From the NCBI GenBank assembly GCA_965208835.1, contig OZ242358.1, positions 2,880,001 to 2,944,000 on the forward strand: a stretch of DNA of 64,000 nucleotides, given 5' to 3'. The notes under the pieces are model-generated. The model did no database searches, was not told the origin of the DNA, and saw only the letters and a list, made by a program, of their open reading frames with translations. Position 1 is the first letter of the stretch; every line of letters starts with the position of its first letter. The DNA is from Candidatus Latescibacterota bacterium (GTDB lineage: Bacteria; Latescibacterota; UBA2968; GCA-2709665). The position numbers and the translations under genes are program-made. Shown piece by piece: positions 20,529 through 29,718 of this stretch.

Positions 20529-22076
20529 TTATTTCGCGCGAGCGGTTTTTTCTCCAATGGTACTGTAAAATGCTTTAACCATTCGATCCAGATGCAATTT
20601 CGCATTCTCCGCCGCGTCCTTGCCGATGGTGAACTCGGATTTTCCCACCAGCTTCAGACCGTGACCGTAGTCGTCGAACAAAGTTTGGCACAGCGCTTCT
20701 ATGGACACGCCGTCGCGGGCCGCGGAATCGGCCAAAACGGTTCTTGCCGCTTCCGAAAACGTCAATTCAATCCCGTATGCATCCAGGAAGCGCGCCGTAT
20801 AAGACGAGATATCCCGGTGGACAAGCAGCTGCTGCAACTGCAGCGTCGGATTTTCCACAACAGCGGCGGTAACGGTAAACGAACGGATATCGGTAGACGG
20901 AAGCGCCTTCTCGAATTTCAGCAGCGCCCGTTCACAGACACTGACCAGCGCTCGCGCACCCGTCTGTTCAGTTGACGCCTGCTCCGCAAGCCGGCGCAAC
21001 GCGGCGTCTTCGAAGTTCAAGTCGATCCCGTAGGCCAGAAAATCCCGTTTCTTTCCAAGAATGACCGAACTGGTCGGACTCTTCAGAATCTGATACAAGT
21101 CCTCGACGGAAAGCGGTTCGAGTACGGCCACGACCGGCAAACGCCCCACAAACTCAGACTCGAAGCCGAACGTGATGAGGTCTTCCGTCGTCGCCTGCTT
21201 CAAAAAGGAGACGCGGCCCGCTTCAGAGTTCAGCGGCCGATCCGTTTCGGCCTTGAAACCCAGACTGTTCCGATTGAGACGGCGCTTGATCAGATCCTCG
21301 AACCCGTTGAACGCACCACTAACGATGAAGAGTATGTTCCGTGTGTTGATTTTCTTGCGATCCATCTTGCCGCTTTGCTGATATTGCATCATGGCTTCCA
21401 TCTGTGATGCCAGATCGTGCGGCGCTTTGAGGTCCACCTCGGTCTCTTCCATCAGCTTCAGCAGGTTGCGCTGAACACCGCTTCGCGAAACGTCCGGCCC
21501 TACCAGGTTGGGGGTCGAAGCGATCTTGTCAATTTCATCCACGTAGATGATGCCGTATTGGGCCTTTTCAATGCTGCCCGCGGCCTCGCGAACCAATTCG
21601 CGAACCAGGTCTTCGACGTCCCCGCCGACATATCCGGTTTCACTGAACTTCGTCGCGTCGCCTTTGACAAAGGGAACACCGATACGATGAGCGATTAGTT
21701 TTATCAGATAGGTCTTGCCCACTCCGGTCGGGCCGATCAACAGGATGTTGTTCTTGATGTTACCCACGGAACGATGTTCGAATTCCGGATCTTCGCGATC
21801 CAGCTTCATCCGGTTGAAGTGGGTGCAGATCTTGGTGGCGAGCACTTCCTTCGCCTCGTCCTGTTTGATCACGTATTCGGCGAGAAAGGCTTCAAGTTCT
21901 TCCGGCTTCAGGTCGAAGTCGATCAATTCATCCTGCGTTTCCTCCGTACGTGGTCCTTCATTGCTCCCTTCGGCCTCGGCCTGCGGAAACACGACCTGGG
22001 CGCCGTACTTCTGCTCGATAAGGTCTTTCAGATCTTTCTGCAGTTCCTTGGGATTTACGGGTCGTTGTTCAGGCAT
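20529..22076 (-). CDS. ClpX-like AAA+ ATPase lacking the N-terminal zinc-binding domain
   Basis: NILLIGPTGVGKT, DATKFSETGYVGGDVE, IIYVDEIDKI, DVSRSGVQRNLLK, LGF loop, TGARAL. Confidence 0.85.
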   Translation of the reverse strand: MPEQRPVNPKELQKDLKDLIEQKYGAQVVFPQAEAEGSNEGPRTEETQDELIDFDLKPEELEAFLAEYVIKQDEAKEVLATKICTHFNRMKLDREDPEFEHRSVGNIKNNILLIGPTGVGKTYLIKLIAHRIGVPFVKGDATKFSETGYVGGDVEDLVRELVREAAGSIEKAQYGIIYVDEIDKIASTPNLVGPDVSRSGVQRNLLKLMEETEVDLKAPHDLASQMEAMMQYQQSGKMDRKKINTRNILFIVSGAFNGFEDLIKRRLNRNSLGFKAETDRPLNSEAGRVSFLKQATTEDLITFGFESEFVGRLPVVAVLEPLSVEDLYQILKSPTSSVILGKKRDFLAYGIDLNFEDAALRRLAEQASTEQTGARALVSVCERALLKFEKALPSTDIRSFTVTAAVVENPTLQLQQLLVHRDISSYTARFLDAYGIELTFSEAARTVLADSAARDGVSIEALCQTLFDDYGHGLKLVGKSEFTIGKDAAENAKLHLDRMVKAFYSTIGEKTARAK

Positions 22077-22139
22077 CGTCCTCCCTTTCCAGATTTGAGC
22101 CGTGAAATCGGTGCCCGACGCACGGTCAAGGGCCGTGTA

Positions 22140-22168
22140 AGAATACCAGGTCCGGTCAGAATTGTCAA
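22140..22168 (-). promoter_or_regulatory. Putative sigma70 promoter for the ClpX-like gene
   Basis: TTGACA-N17-TATTCT on the minus strand. Confidence 0.6.
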
Positions 22169-22211
22169 GATATACGGCCGTTATCCGTCCCTCAAATGCG
22201 GATGTGTGCGA

Positions 22212-23939
22212 ATGAACCTCAGCTACTTTACACTGAGACGCCTGTGCGACGAACTGAACGAAATCCTTCCAGGCAAACACGTCCGGTGCGCCGCCCTGTC
22301 GGGTATGTACGACCTTGCTGTCGAAACGACCGACGGGTTATGCCTGCTGTTCTCCGCATCGCCCAACGCAGGCCGCCTGCATCGGGCACATCGGCCGCTA
22401 CCGGCGTCGGACGCCCCGCCGCCCTGGGTGGAACACCATCTTTGTAACAGTGCAATCCTCGGGATCTCTCAAATCCCGATGGAACGCGTCCTTTCGTTCA
22501 ACCTGTGCAAACGCGACCGACTGGGTGGTGAACGGCGCTATCTCATGTACGTTGAATTGATCCAGCGGCACAGTAACGTCATCCTGACTTCAGAACCGGA
22601 TCAGCGGATACTGGGGGTTCTGCGCCGGGTGGGCGGAAAGACGACCCGCCAACGGCGCATTGCTCCGGGCGAAACGTATCGTCCCCCGCCCGCACAGGAT
22701 AGAATTCCGCCCCGTGAACTCGAACCCGCCCATCTCGCCGCTGCGTTCCGGCAGCGGCCGGACCAACCCGCCCGTGCGCTCGCGGGAGCCGTTGCTGGAT
22801 TGGATGTGCTGACCGCCGAATCGCTGTTCGCGGAAACAGGCGTCAAACCAGACGTGGAACCGGCGCCCGAGAAAATTCGAAATCTGGTCAGCCTGATCCA
22901 TACCGTGTTTGCCCATCCGCCCTTTCTGGATCGACCCGAGATCGTGAGCATTCCCGACAGTCCGCCGTCTATCCGGGTACTGAACCTGCAGCGCGGCCCG
23001 GGTAACGTGGAGCAGGTATGCGAGTCGGTCAGCGACGCGATCGAACGCCTCGCCAGGATGGAGGAAGACCGAACAGACGTGGACACAGGCCGACGCGAGG
23101 TCCTCAATGTGCTGAATCGGCGCCGCGCATCACTCGAAAGCAGGATCACGCGAATCCAGTCCGATCTTGAAGATTCCGATAACGCCGAACGCTACAGAAG
23201 ATACGGCCACATCCTCCTGGCCGGGCTGCACAGATTCCGTCTCGGTAACACGTCTGTCACCCTTCCGGACGTGTACAACCCGTCCGGGCCGCCGGTGACA
23301 ATCCCGCTCAGAGCCAACAAACTGCCGCATGAAAATGCCGCCGCCTACCTGAAACGGAGCCGAAAGGTCGAAAAGGCGCGACCCATCCTCACGCGACGCC
23401 GGGAGGCCGCACGGACGGAACTGGCCAGGGTCGAAGCACTTCTGAATCGGCTCAATGAGGCCAACGGCCCGGACGATGTTGCGAAGATTCGAAACGAACT
23501 GGCCGCGACAGGATGGCTCAAGCGTCGCACTCGGAATTCGACCACCGGCAGGAACTCCCCTGGCGAAACGCATCCCAGACGTTACCGGACCTCCGACGGC
23601 TGGACCGTTCTGGTGGGCCGGAACAACGTTGAGAACGACCGTCTCACGAAGGGCGCGGCGAAGGACGACCTCTTTTTTCATGCGCAGGGATGCCCGGGAT
23701 CGCACGTCATACTCAAGCGCGAGGGAAAACCCCAGAAGCCATCCGAGACCGCGTTGACGGAAGCCGCAAGCCTGGCTGCCTACTGGAGCAAGGCCAGGAA
23801 TTCCCGGACCGTGCCCGTCAACTGCACCGAGATCCGGTACGTGCAAAAACCCCGAGGCGCCGCCCCGGGGCTCGTCAACATCCGGAATGAAGTCACGCTG
23901 TTTGTCGCCCCCCGTCAGCTCAAAAGGACCGAAACGTAG
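22212..23939 (+). CDS. rqcH: NFACT-family ribosome quality control protein (RqcH/FbpA)
   Basis: MERVL, VELIQRHSNVIL, coiled coil, ENAAAYLKR, VGRNNVENDRLT..FFHAQGCPGSHVIL..AASLAAYWSK. Confidence 0.88.
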   Translation: MNLSYFTLRRLCDELNEILPGKHVRCAALSGMYDLAVETTDGLCLLFSASPNAGRLHRAHRPLPASDAPPPWVEHHLCNSAILGISQIPMERVLSFNLCKRDRLGGERRYLMYVELIQRHSNVILTSEPDQRILGVLRRVGGKTTRQRRIAPGETYRPPPAQDRIPPRELEPAHLAAAFRQRPDQPARALAGAVAGLDVLTAESLFAETGVKPDVEPAPEKIRNLVSLIHTVFAHPPFLDRPEIVSIPDSPPSIRVLNLQRGPGNVEQVCESVSDAIERLARMEEDRTDVDTGRREVLNVLNRRRASLESRITRIQSDLEDSDNAERYRRYGHILLAGLHRFRLGNTSVTLPDVYNPSGPPVTIPLRANKLPHENAAAYLKRSRKVEKARPILTRRREAARTELARVEALLNRLNEANGPDDVAKIRNELAATGWLKRRTRNSTTGRNSPGETHPRRYRTSDGWTVLVGRNNVENDRLTKGAAKDDLFFHAQGCPGSHVILKREGKPQKPSETALTEAASLAAYWSKARNSRTVPVNCTEIRYVQKPRGAAPGLVNIRNEVTLFVAPRQLKRTET

Positions 23940-23973
23940 ATTGGGCATCCAGGAGACCGGCCCGATCAGATCC

Positions 23974-24738
23974 CTACCAGATTTTCGAGTAATACACCAA
24001 TCTGACCTGCCGATCGACTTTTTTCGACCGCTTGCCATCGCGAAACAGGTTCTTGACGTCCACTTCGAGATTCAACCGCTCGGAAGGCATCCACCGCCCG
24101 CCAACGTTCATTCTCCCTCTGCCCGAGCCCAGCGAGTTGTCTTCGTTGTCGTTGATCGCAAAGTCATATTCCATTAACAGCGCAAAAATACGCTTGAACT
24201 CTACATCGGCGCCCACAAACCCCGTAAAATCCCCATCCCCGTCACCATCTTCCAGACTGCGATTCAATCCGGCGTGTACCCCCATGTCTCCTAGCGGAAA
24301 TCCGTAGTTCTTACTCGCGACCGCGTAAAAGCCCTTGGACTTGACCGCATATCGTTCCAACGTCTCGTCGTACTCCCCGTACCCCTGGGAGTGATAGCCA
24401 AGGGCGACAGCCGGAAGTTTCAACTCCTCCTCGATCACCCGGACGCGGCCGGCAACTTCCACGCGCGGATTCCACGCCGCATTACGGCTGCCCACGATAT
24501 GTTGTCCGCCGAAAGAAACCCCGATGCTGATGCGATTGTGGACGCCGACTTCGATCTGAGAGAGAATGCCGCTGTCGCCATACAACCGCAGATCCGCGGC
24601 CAGGCGGCCCGCAGGCAGCATGCCGGCAGTCGGTCCATCGACCAGCCATCGAGGTACGTTGCCCTGGGCAAGCGCCTGACCGGAAAACCCTGACCAGACG
24701 GCAAGCAAAAGCAGCAACCGCCATGCGTACCGCGTCAT
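23974..24738 (-). CDS. Secreted/outer-membrane beta-barrel-like hypothetical protein
   Basis: Signal peptide, LVDGPTAGML, alternating beta-strand pattern with aromatic C-terminus. Confidence 0.6.
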   Translation of the reverse strand: MTRYAWRLLLLLAVWSGFSGQALAQGNVPRWLVDGPTAGMLPAGRLAADLRLYGDSGILSQIEVGVHNRISIGVSFGGQHIVGSRNAAWNPRVEVAGRVRVIEEELKLPAVALGYHSQGYGEYDETLERYAVKSKGFYAVASKNYGFPLGDMGVHAGLNRSLEDGDGDGDFTGFVGADVEFKRIFALLMEYDFAINDNEDNSLGSGRGRMNVGGRWMPSERLNLEVDVKNLFRDGKRSKKVDRQVRLVYYSKIW

Positions 24739-25190
24739 CTGTTCTCTCCGTTGTCTAGTATGATTCTGCGTGAACCGGATTCCGGAATTTCAATCCGGAT
24801 GTGCAAGGTCCGCTCGGGCAGCAGAGATCCGGCGCGTTCCGCCCATTCGATCAGGCAGATGCCGTCGCCGGCGAGATAGTCATCCCAACCCAGGTCGATG
24901 AGGGCGTAGGGATCCGGAAGCCTGTAAAGATCGAAGTGGTAGATAGATACCGGGCGGGACGCGGCGTCCCGGCCAACGTATTCGTTCACCAGGATAAAGG
25001 TGGGACTGGTCACCCGGTCCGGGACACTCAGTCCTTCACAGATGCCCTGCGCGAGGCAGGTCTTGCCGCTGCCGAGTTCTCCGATCAGCCCGACGCAGTC
25101 GCCTGGCCGCAATCGCGCGGATAACTCCCGGCCGAATGCTCGCGTCTGGTCCGGGGACGTTGTGTGGATTTCGGCCCTTGAAGTCTGCAT
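24735..25190 (-). CDS. tsaE: tRNA threonylcarbamoyladenosine biosynthesis ATPase
   Basis: GELGSGKT, VTSPTF, YHFDLYRL, LIEWAE. Confidence 0.95.
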   Translation of the reverse strand: MQTSRAEIHTTSPDQTRAFGRELSARLRPGDCVGLIGELGSGKTCLAQGICEGLSVPDRVTSPTFILVNEYVGRDAASRPVSIYHFDLYRLPDPYALIDLGWDDYLAGDGICLIEWAERAGSLLPERTLHIRIEIPESGSRRIILDNGENR

Positions 25191-25301
25191 CGGGACTCGC
25201 TGCGATGGAGGGGTCGGCTGCCAAAAATCATCGGCCAGGAAAAAGGGCCCGCAGAACCTGTCCCGACCAGCCGGCGGAGATCATGAGAATTACGCCTTGG
25301 T

Positions 25302-26858
25302 CTATTTGCCGTTCAGCACCGCAACCGGCAGGACCATCTCCTCGAGTGAAATGCCGCCGTGCTGGAAACTGTTCGCGTAATACCGCTGGTATTCGTTGAA
25401 TTTCGTGGGATAGACGAAATAGTAGTCCTCCCGCGAAATAATGTACGTGGTACCCATACCCAGATGGGGCAGGCGATAGACGTTCGGATCTGCGATATAC
25501 AGCGCGTGCCTGGGGTCGCATCGAAGGTGTTTGCCATACTTGTACCGGAGATTCGTCGACGTTTCCCGATTACCGTGCGCCACGGTGGCACGCGTACTCA
25601 TAACGCAGCCGTGGTCGGTCGTCAACACCACCGTGGTATCCGTTTCTGCAAGCTTTCGCAACATTTCAAACAACGACGAGTGGGAAAACCAGGATCGGCT
25701 GAGCGACCGGTACGCGGACTCGTTTGGGGCCATCTCCTTCAAAATATCAGATTCCGACCTTCCATGTGCCAGAATGTCCAGAAAATTGAATACCACTGAC
25801 ATCAGAGGGAAAGACCGGTACGAATGCACCTTTTTGACGAGATGGTTGCCCTCCGCAATATCCAGTACTTTGACGTATCGTGTATCCAGATTCAGCGTCG
25901 AATCGAGTTCCTGAATCTGGTTGTCCAGGAGTTGGTGCTCGTGCCGGTTGCGGCTGTTGTCGTCGTCCCAGCCCGAACGCCACTCCTGCGGATACAGTTC
26001 GGCCACATCGCTGGGGAAGAGACCGCTGAAAATAGCGTTTCTGGAGTAGGGCGTGGCGGTAGGAAGAATGGAATAGTGATAGTGTTGCTCAATATTGAAC
26101 AGTTCGGACAAGAGCGGCGAGATTGCCAGCCAGTGATCCAGGCGCATGCAGTCCACGACCACAAAGAACACCTGCTTTCCTTCCTGGAGCGCGGGCAGGA
26201 CGAACTCGCTCACGACGTCGACGGACAACACCGGAGAATCCATATCGTCCTGGAGCCAATGGGCGTAGTTGGCATCCACGAAGCGTCCGAATGCCCGGTT
26301 GCACGCCCGCCGCAAATCTTCGTGCATCTTTCTCAGGCCGGCGTCATAGAACCGGTCCAGTTCCAGATCCCATTCGGACAGCTTCACGTGGATGTCGATC
26401 CAGTCCTGCCATGTCACGTCGCCAGCCATTGACGAGCGAATGCGATTGGACACAGCCGAATAATCCAATCCCATGCGCCCCGTAACGATTTGCCGCGCGT
26501 CGAGCAGTTTCTTGCACGCAGAGAGAATCTGGCTGGGGTTCACCGGTTTGGTGAGATAGTCGTCGATCCGGTGGCCCAACGCTTCCTCCATCAGGCGCTC
26601 TTCTTCATTCTTCGTAATCATGATTACGGGGATATCCGGATTGATTTCCTTGATCATCGCCAGCGTGGAAAGTCCACCGCGGCCGGCCATCATCTCATCC
26701 AGGAGTACGATGTCGAACCCCCGCTGTTTGACCATTGCAATCGCGTCATCACCGTTTGTCACCGGCGTCACCTTATACCCCCGGGAACCAAGGAACATCG
26801 TATGCGGCCTCAGGAGGTCAATCTCGTCGTCTGCCCACAGCACCTGCTTTTCTCTCAT
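25302..26858 (-). CDS. porX: PorX-like response regulator with PglZ phosphodiesterase domain
   Basis: Receiver LWADDE..LLDEMM..MITKNEE..YLTKP; PglZ VVDCMRLD, LPTATPYSRNAIF, TTDHG, FQHGGISLEEM. Confidence 0.88.
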   Translation of the reverse strand: MREKQVLWADDEIDLLRPHTMFLGSRGYKVTPVTNGDDAIAMVKQRGFDIVLLDEMMAGRGGLSTLAMIKEINPDIPVIMITKNEEERLMEEALGHRIDDYLTKPVNPSQILSACKKLLDARQIVTGRMGLDYSAVSNRIRSSMAGDVTWQDWIDIHVKLSEWDLELDRFYDAGLRKMHEDLRRACNRAFGRFVDANYAHWLQDDMDSPVLSVDVVSEFVLPALQEGKQVFFVVVDCMRLDHWLAISPLLSELFNIEQHYHYSILPTATPYSRNAIFSGLFPSDVAELYPQEWRSGWDDDNSRNRHEHQLLDNQIQELDSTLNLDTRYVKVLDIAEGNHLVKKVHSYRSFPLMSVVFNFLDILAHGRSESDILKEMAPNESAYRSLSRSWFSHSSLFEMLRKLAETDTTVVLTTDHGCVMSTRATVAHGNRETSTNLRYKYGKHLRCDPRHALYIADPNVYRLPHLGMGTTYIISREDYYFVYPTKFNEYQRYYANSFQHGGISLEEMVLPVAVLNGK

Positions 26859-26877
26859 AGCGTTCAAGCTCCCGGCC

Positions 26878-28128
26878 TCACGTAGCCTTCCGCTCCTCCG
26901 CTGGCCTCACGGGTAATGAAATCAGGAACGTGGTTCCTATTTCCGGTGAACTTTCCTCAATGGAAATCCTGCCCCGGTGATAGTCTTCGATAATACGTTT
27001 GACAAAAGTAAGCCCCAGGCCCCAGCCCCGCTCCTTTGTACTGTAACCGGGCAGAAAAACCTGCTTGACCAGATGGGGCTGAATCCCTTTACCATTGTCA
27101 CGAACCCGGATATCCACCCATTTGCCCTCGGACCGCGCCTTTGCGGTAATCTCTATCTTTCCACCCTTCCCTTCCATCGCGTCCGCTGCATTCTTGAACA
27201 GATTCTCAAAAGCCCAGCCCAGCAACTGCCGATTCAACGGGACAGGCTGTATATCGTAGTTTCTCTGTACGATCCGGACCTCACGCGAGAGTCTGTCGCG
27301 CAAATAGGACGCCGTCTCTTCGATGACGTGACGAAGGTTTTCCGGACGAAGCTCCGGCGTGGAACCGATCAGGCTGAAACGGGAAACGATCGTATCCAAC
27401 CGGCTGGTGTCCTCCTCCATCGCAACCACGATCTGATCGAATCGCCTGCGCGTCTGTTCATCCACAGGACCGGTAGAATGCTCGAGTTCAGATTTTATCA
27501 ACTCGATCCATCCGTACAGCGAGGAAAGTGGCGTGCCGAGCTGGTGAGCCGTTTCTCGCGCCATGCCTACCCAGATCGATCTCTGCTCACTGTTCTTGAC
27601 ATTCAGAAATCCTAGATATCCCACCCCGATAAACAACGCCGTTACGCCAAGTGCAACCCAGGGCAGCCATGCCAGCCGGCGTACCAGCGGCGAATCGCCG
27701 AAGTGCAGCACTCGCGGTCCGATTTGCGGAATCTCGAACGAATACGGCGGATTCTCGCTATCCAGCTTTCTGACGATCCTGGCCATTCGCTCCCGGTCGG
27801 CCGGGCTGAGGTCCGCGGGATTGCCTTCGGGAATCTGTATGGCTTTCCACAAGTGGGGTTCACCCCTGGAGTCTGTGATGACCACGGGAAAATTAGCATT
27901 CGTAATGGTCCTGAAGATTTCATTGACATCCAGGTCGCTGACGACAACGGTATCCTGTGTGGCCAACCCGTAAAAGAAGGCCAGACGTTTGATTAGGTCA
28001 CGGGAGTCCCGGCGCATGGGATCCACGACAAAGATCTGCATATATACCAGAAACGCCAGGATGATCACCGTTGCGGCCGGAAAGAGATAGGCGCCCAGAC
28101 TGTATGTACTGCGGCGCCCCACCCTCAT
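26878..28128 (-). CDS. Membrane sensor histidine kinase (start uncertain)
   Basis: Two TM segments; WVGMARETAHQLGTPLSSL H-box; FENLFKNAADA, DNGKG, GWGLGL. Confidence 0.92.
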   Translation of the reverse strand: MRVGRRSTYSLGAYLFPAATVIILAFLVYMQIFVVDPMRRDSRDLIKRLAFFYGLATQDTVVVSDLDVNEIFRTITNANFPVVITDSRGEPHLWKAIQIPEGNPADLSPADRERMARIVRKLDSENPPYSFEIPQIGPRVLHFGDSPLVRRLAWLPWVALGVTALFIGVGYLGFLNVKNSEQRSIWVGMARETAHQLGTPLSSLYGWIELIKSELEHSTGPVDEQTRRRFDQIVVAMEEDTSRLDTIVSRFSLIGSTPELRPENLRHVIEETASYLRDRLSREVRIVQRNYDIQPVPLNRQLLGWAFENLFKNAADAMEGKGGKIEITAKARSEGKWVDIRVRDNGKGIQPHLVKQVFLPGYSTKERGWGLGLTFVKRIIEDYHRGRISIEESSPEIGTTFLISLPVRPAEERKAT

Positions 28129-28632
28129 TCGGCCCTTCCGAACAAGCGGCGCGCCCATCAGACCCGCGTGTCCGGGCCGGCCTGTCCGACCTGTGACATC
28201 CTTCGTTCGCGCACCCATTGTGCGGCTCCCCCATTTAACGTCAACGTCTAGTATGCCGTTAAGTTCCGCAGCAATCTCTGGATGACAGGCTCAGACCCGT
28301 AGCGCAGGCGCACTCGCCACACGCGTCAGGACGTCCTGGTGTTGTCTCGCTCTGCCGACGCGACGGCAGGGCAGGAAGCAGAAACCCGGCGTTCCGCGAC
28401 GTGGCGCCGAACCCCATTCGGGCGCATAAAGAGTATACGTCTAATTCAAGCATCCAGTCAACCAAAGAAAAACCGTTTGCATAATATCTTTTGAGTTTAT
28501 ATATTGGGAACCATTAATTTCCTGTAAGACATCGCATGCCGGCGGGCAAACGGACTGACGCATGGCCGTCAACTCCTCCCGATCCGGCGCATGCCTGTTT
28601 CCGCAGGAAACGGAAAGGAGGGAATCGAGCAT

Positions 28633-28830
28633 ATGGCCAGGGTTGTGGTGAGAGACGACGAGCCATTTGAAAAGGCGCTGAAAAGGTTCAAGAAAACCTG
28701 CGAAAAAGCAGGAATAATGACCGAGATGAAGAAGCACCAGCATTTCGAGAAGCCCAGTGAGCGCCGCAAGCGCAAGATTGCCGCGGCGAAGCGCAAACGC
28801 ATGAAATTCGAAACGCGCTTCAACCAATAA
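28633..28830 (+). CDS. rpsU: 30S ribosomal protein S21
   Basis: EPFEKALKRFKK..HFEKPSERRKRK; GGAGG RBS. Confidence 0.95.
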   Translation: MARVVVRDDEPFEKALKRFKKTCEKAGIMTEMKKHQHFEKPSERRKRKIAAAKRKRMKFETRFNQ

Positions 28831-28976
28831 GCCAAATTTGCAATTATGTTAACGACAACCGCACCGATTTGCCTTCGGATGCGGTTGTATTTTTTGCACA
28901 TCGTGGTTGAGCTGAACCCCCGGTTCAATGCAGTTCCGATGCAGCGAGTTTGCGATTGGGGCAGAGGGAGGGCCGA

Positions 28977-29645
28977 ATGAACATTGTCGACCTGATCCTG
29001 TTGATCGGGCTCTGCTGGATGGTTTTCAGGGGTTGCCGCACGGGTCTGGTCCGGAGCCTGGTCGGTCTGCTCAGCTTTATACTGGCCTACGGATTCGGCC
29101 TCGCGTACGGCGGTGCGGTCTCGGAGTGGGTTTCCGGTGAGACTGCCGGCCATGGCCCAGCCCTGCTGGGCTTCGTCTGTGTATTCCTGGCGACGCTGAT
29201 TGCCTGTTACCTTCTTGGACGAATGCTCCAGGCGATGCTCAAGGCCACCCCCTTCGGAATCGTGGACACGCTGTGTGGCGGCATAATCGGCCTGGCGCAG
29301 GGACTACTCCTTCTCGGTTTACTGATCCTGCTGCTGAGGGCGTATTCCCCTCACCCCGGGGTGAAGGCGTACATTGACGACGCCCGTCTGACACGCCACG
29401 TTCAGCGGGCCTGCCTGGTCCTTATGGACGCCGTGAAGGCCGCTGTTCCGCGGGCGTCGGAGTTCTACAGATACCTCGTACCGGACGACCCGGAGTCATC
29501 GATCCATCCTTTCATGGACAGTATGACCCGGGGAACCGGAAAGGCACGGGACCGCCTGAAGGTACTTATAGAGGAGTCACAAAACAAAGAAAAGCAAACT
29601 TCGGGAGACCCGCAAACGCCTCCGGCAGGCGGCAAACAGAAGTAG
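28977..29645 (+). CDS. CvpA (colicin V production) family membrane protein
   Basis: MNIVDLI..GCRTGLVRSL..VDTLCGGIIG; directly upstream of mutS2. Confidence 0.8.
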   Translation: MNIVDLILLIGLCWMVFRGCRTGLVRSLVGLLSFILAYGFGLAYGGAVSEWVSGETAGHGPALLGFVCVFLATLIACYLLGRMLQAMLKATPFGIVDTLCGGIIGLAQGLLLLGLLILLLRAYSPHPGVKAYIDDARLTRHVQRACLVLMDAVKAAVPRASEFYRYLVPDDPESSIHPFMDSMTRGTGKARDRLKVLIEESQNKEKQTSGDPQTPPAGGKQK

Positions 29646-29718
29646 CGGATCCTGCTGCCGGCACAGATACGTCAGCGTCAGAAGTCGTCCGTTGTTTGTC
29701 CTATCGGGTTATACCCCC

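Noticed and set aside
25302-26858. BREX defence system (PglZ)
   Set aside because: PglZ is fused to a receiver domain (PorX type); no brxC, pglX or brxL nearby.
28534-28615. Structured RNA in the rpsU leader
   Set aside because: GC-rich pairing is possible, but I could not match it to a known motif or distinguish it from chance.
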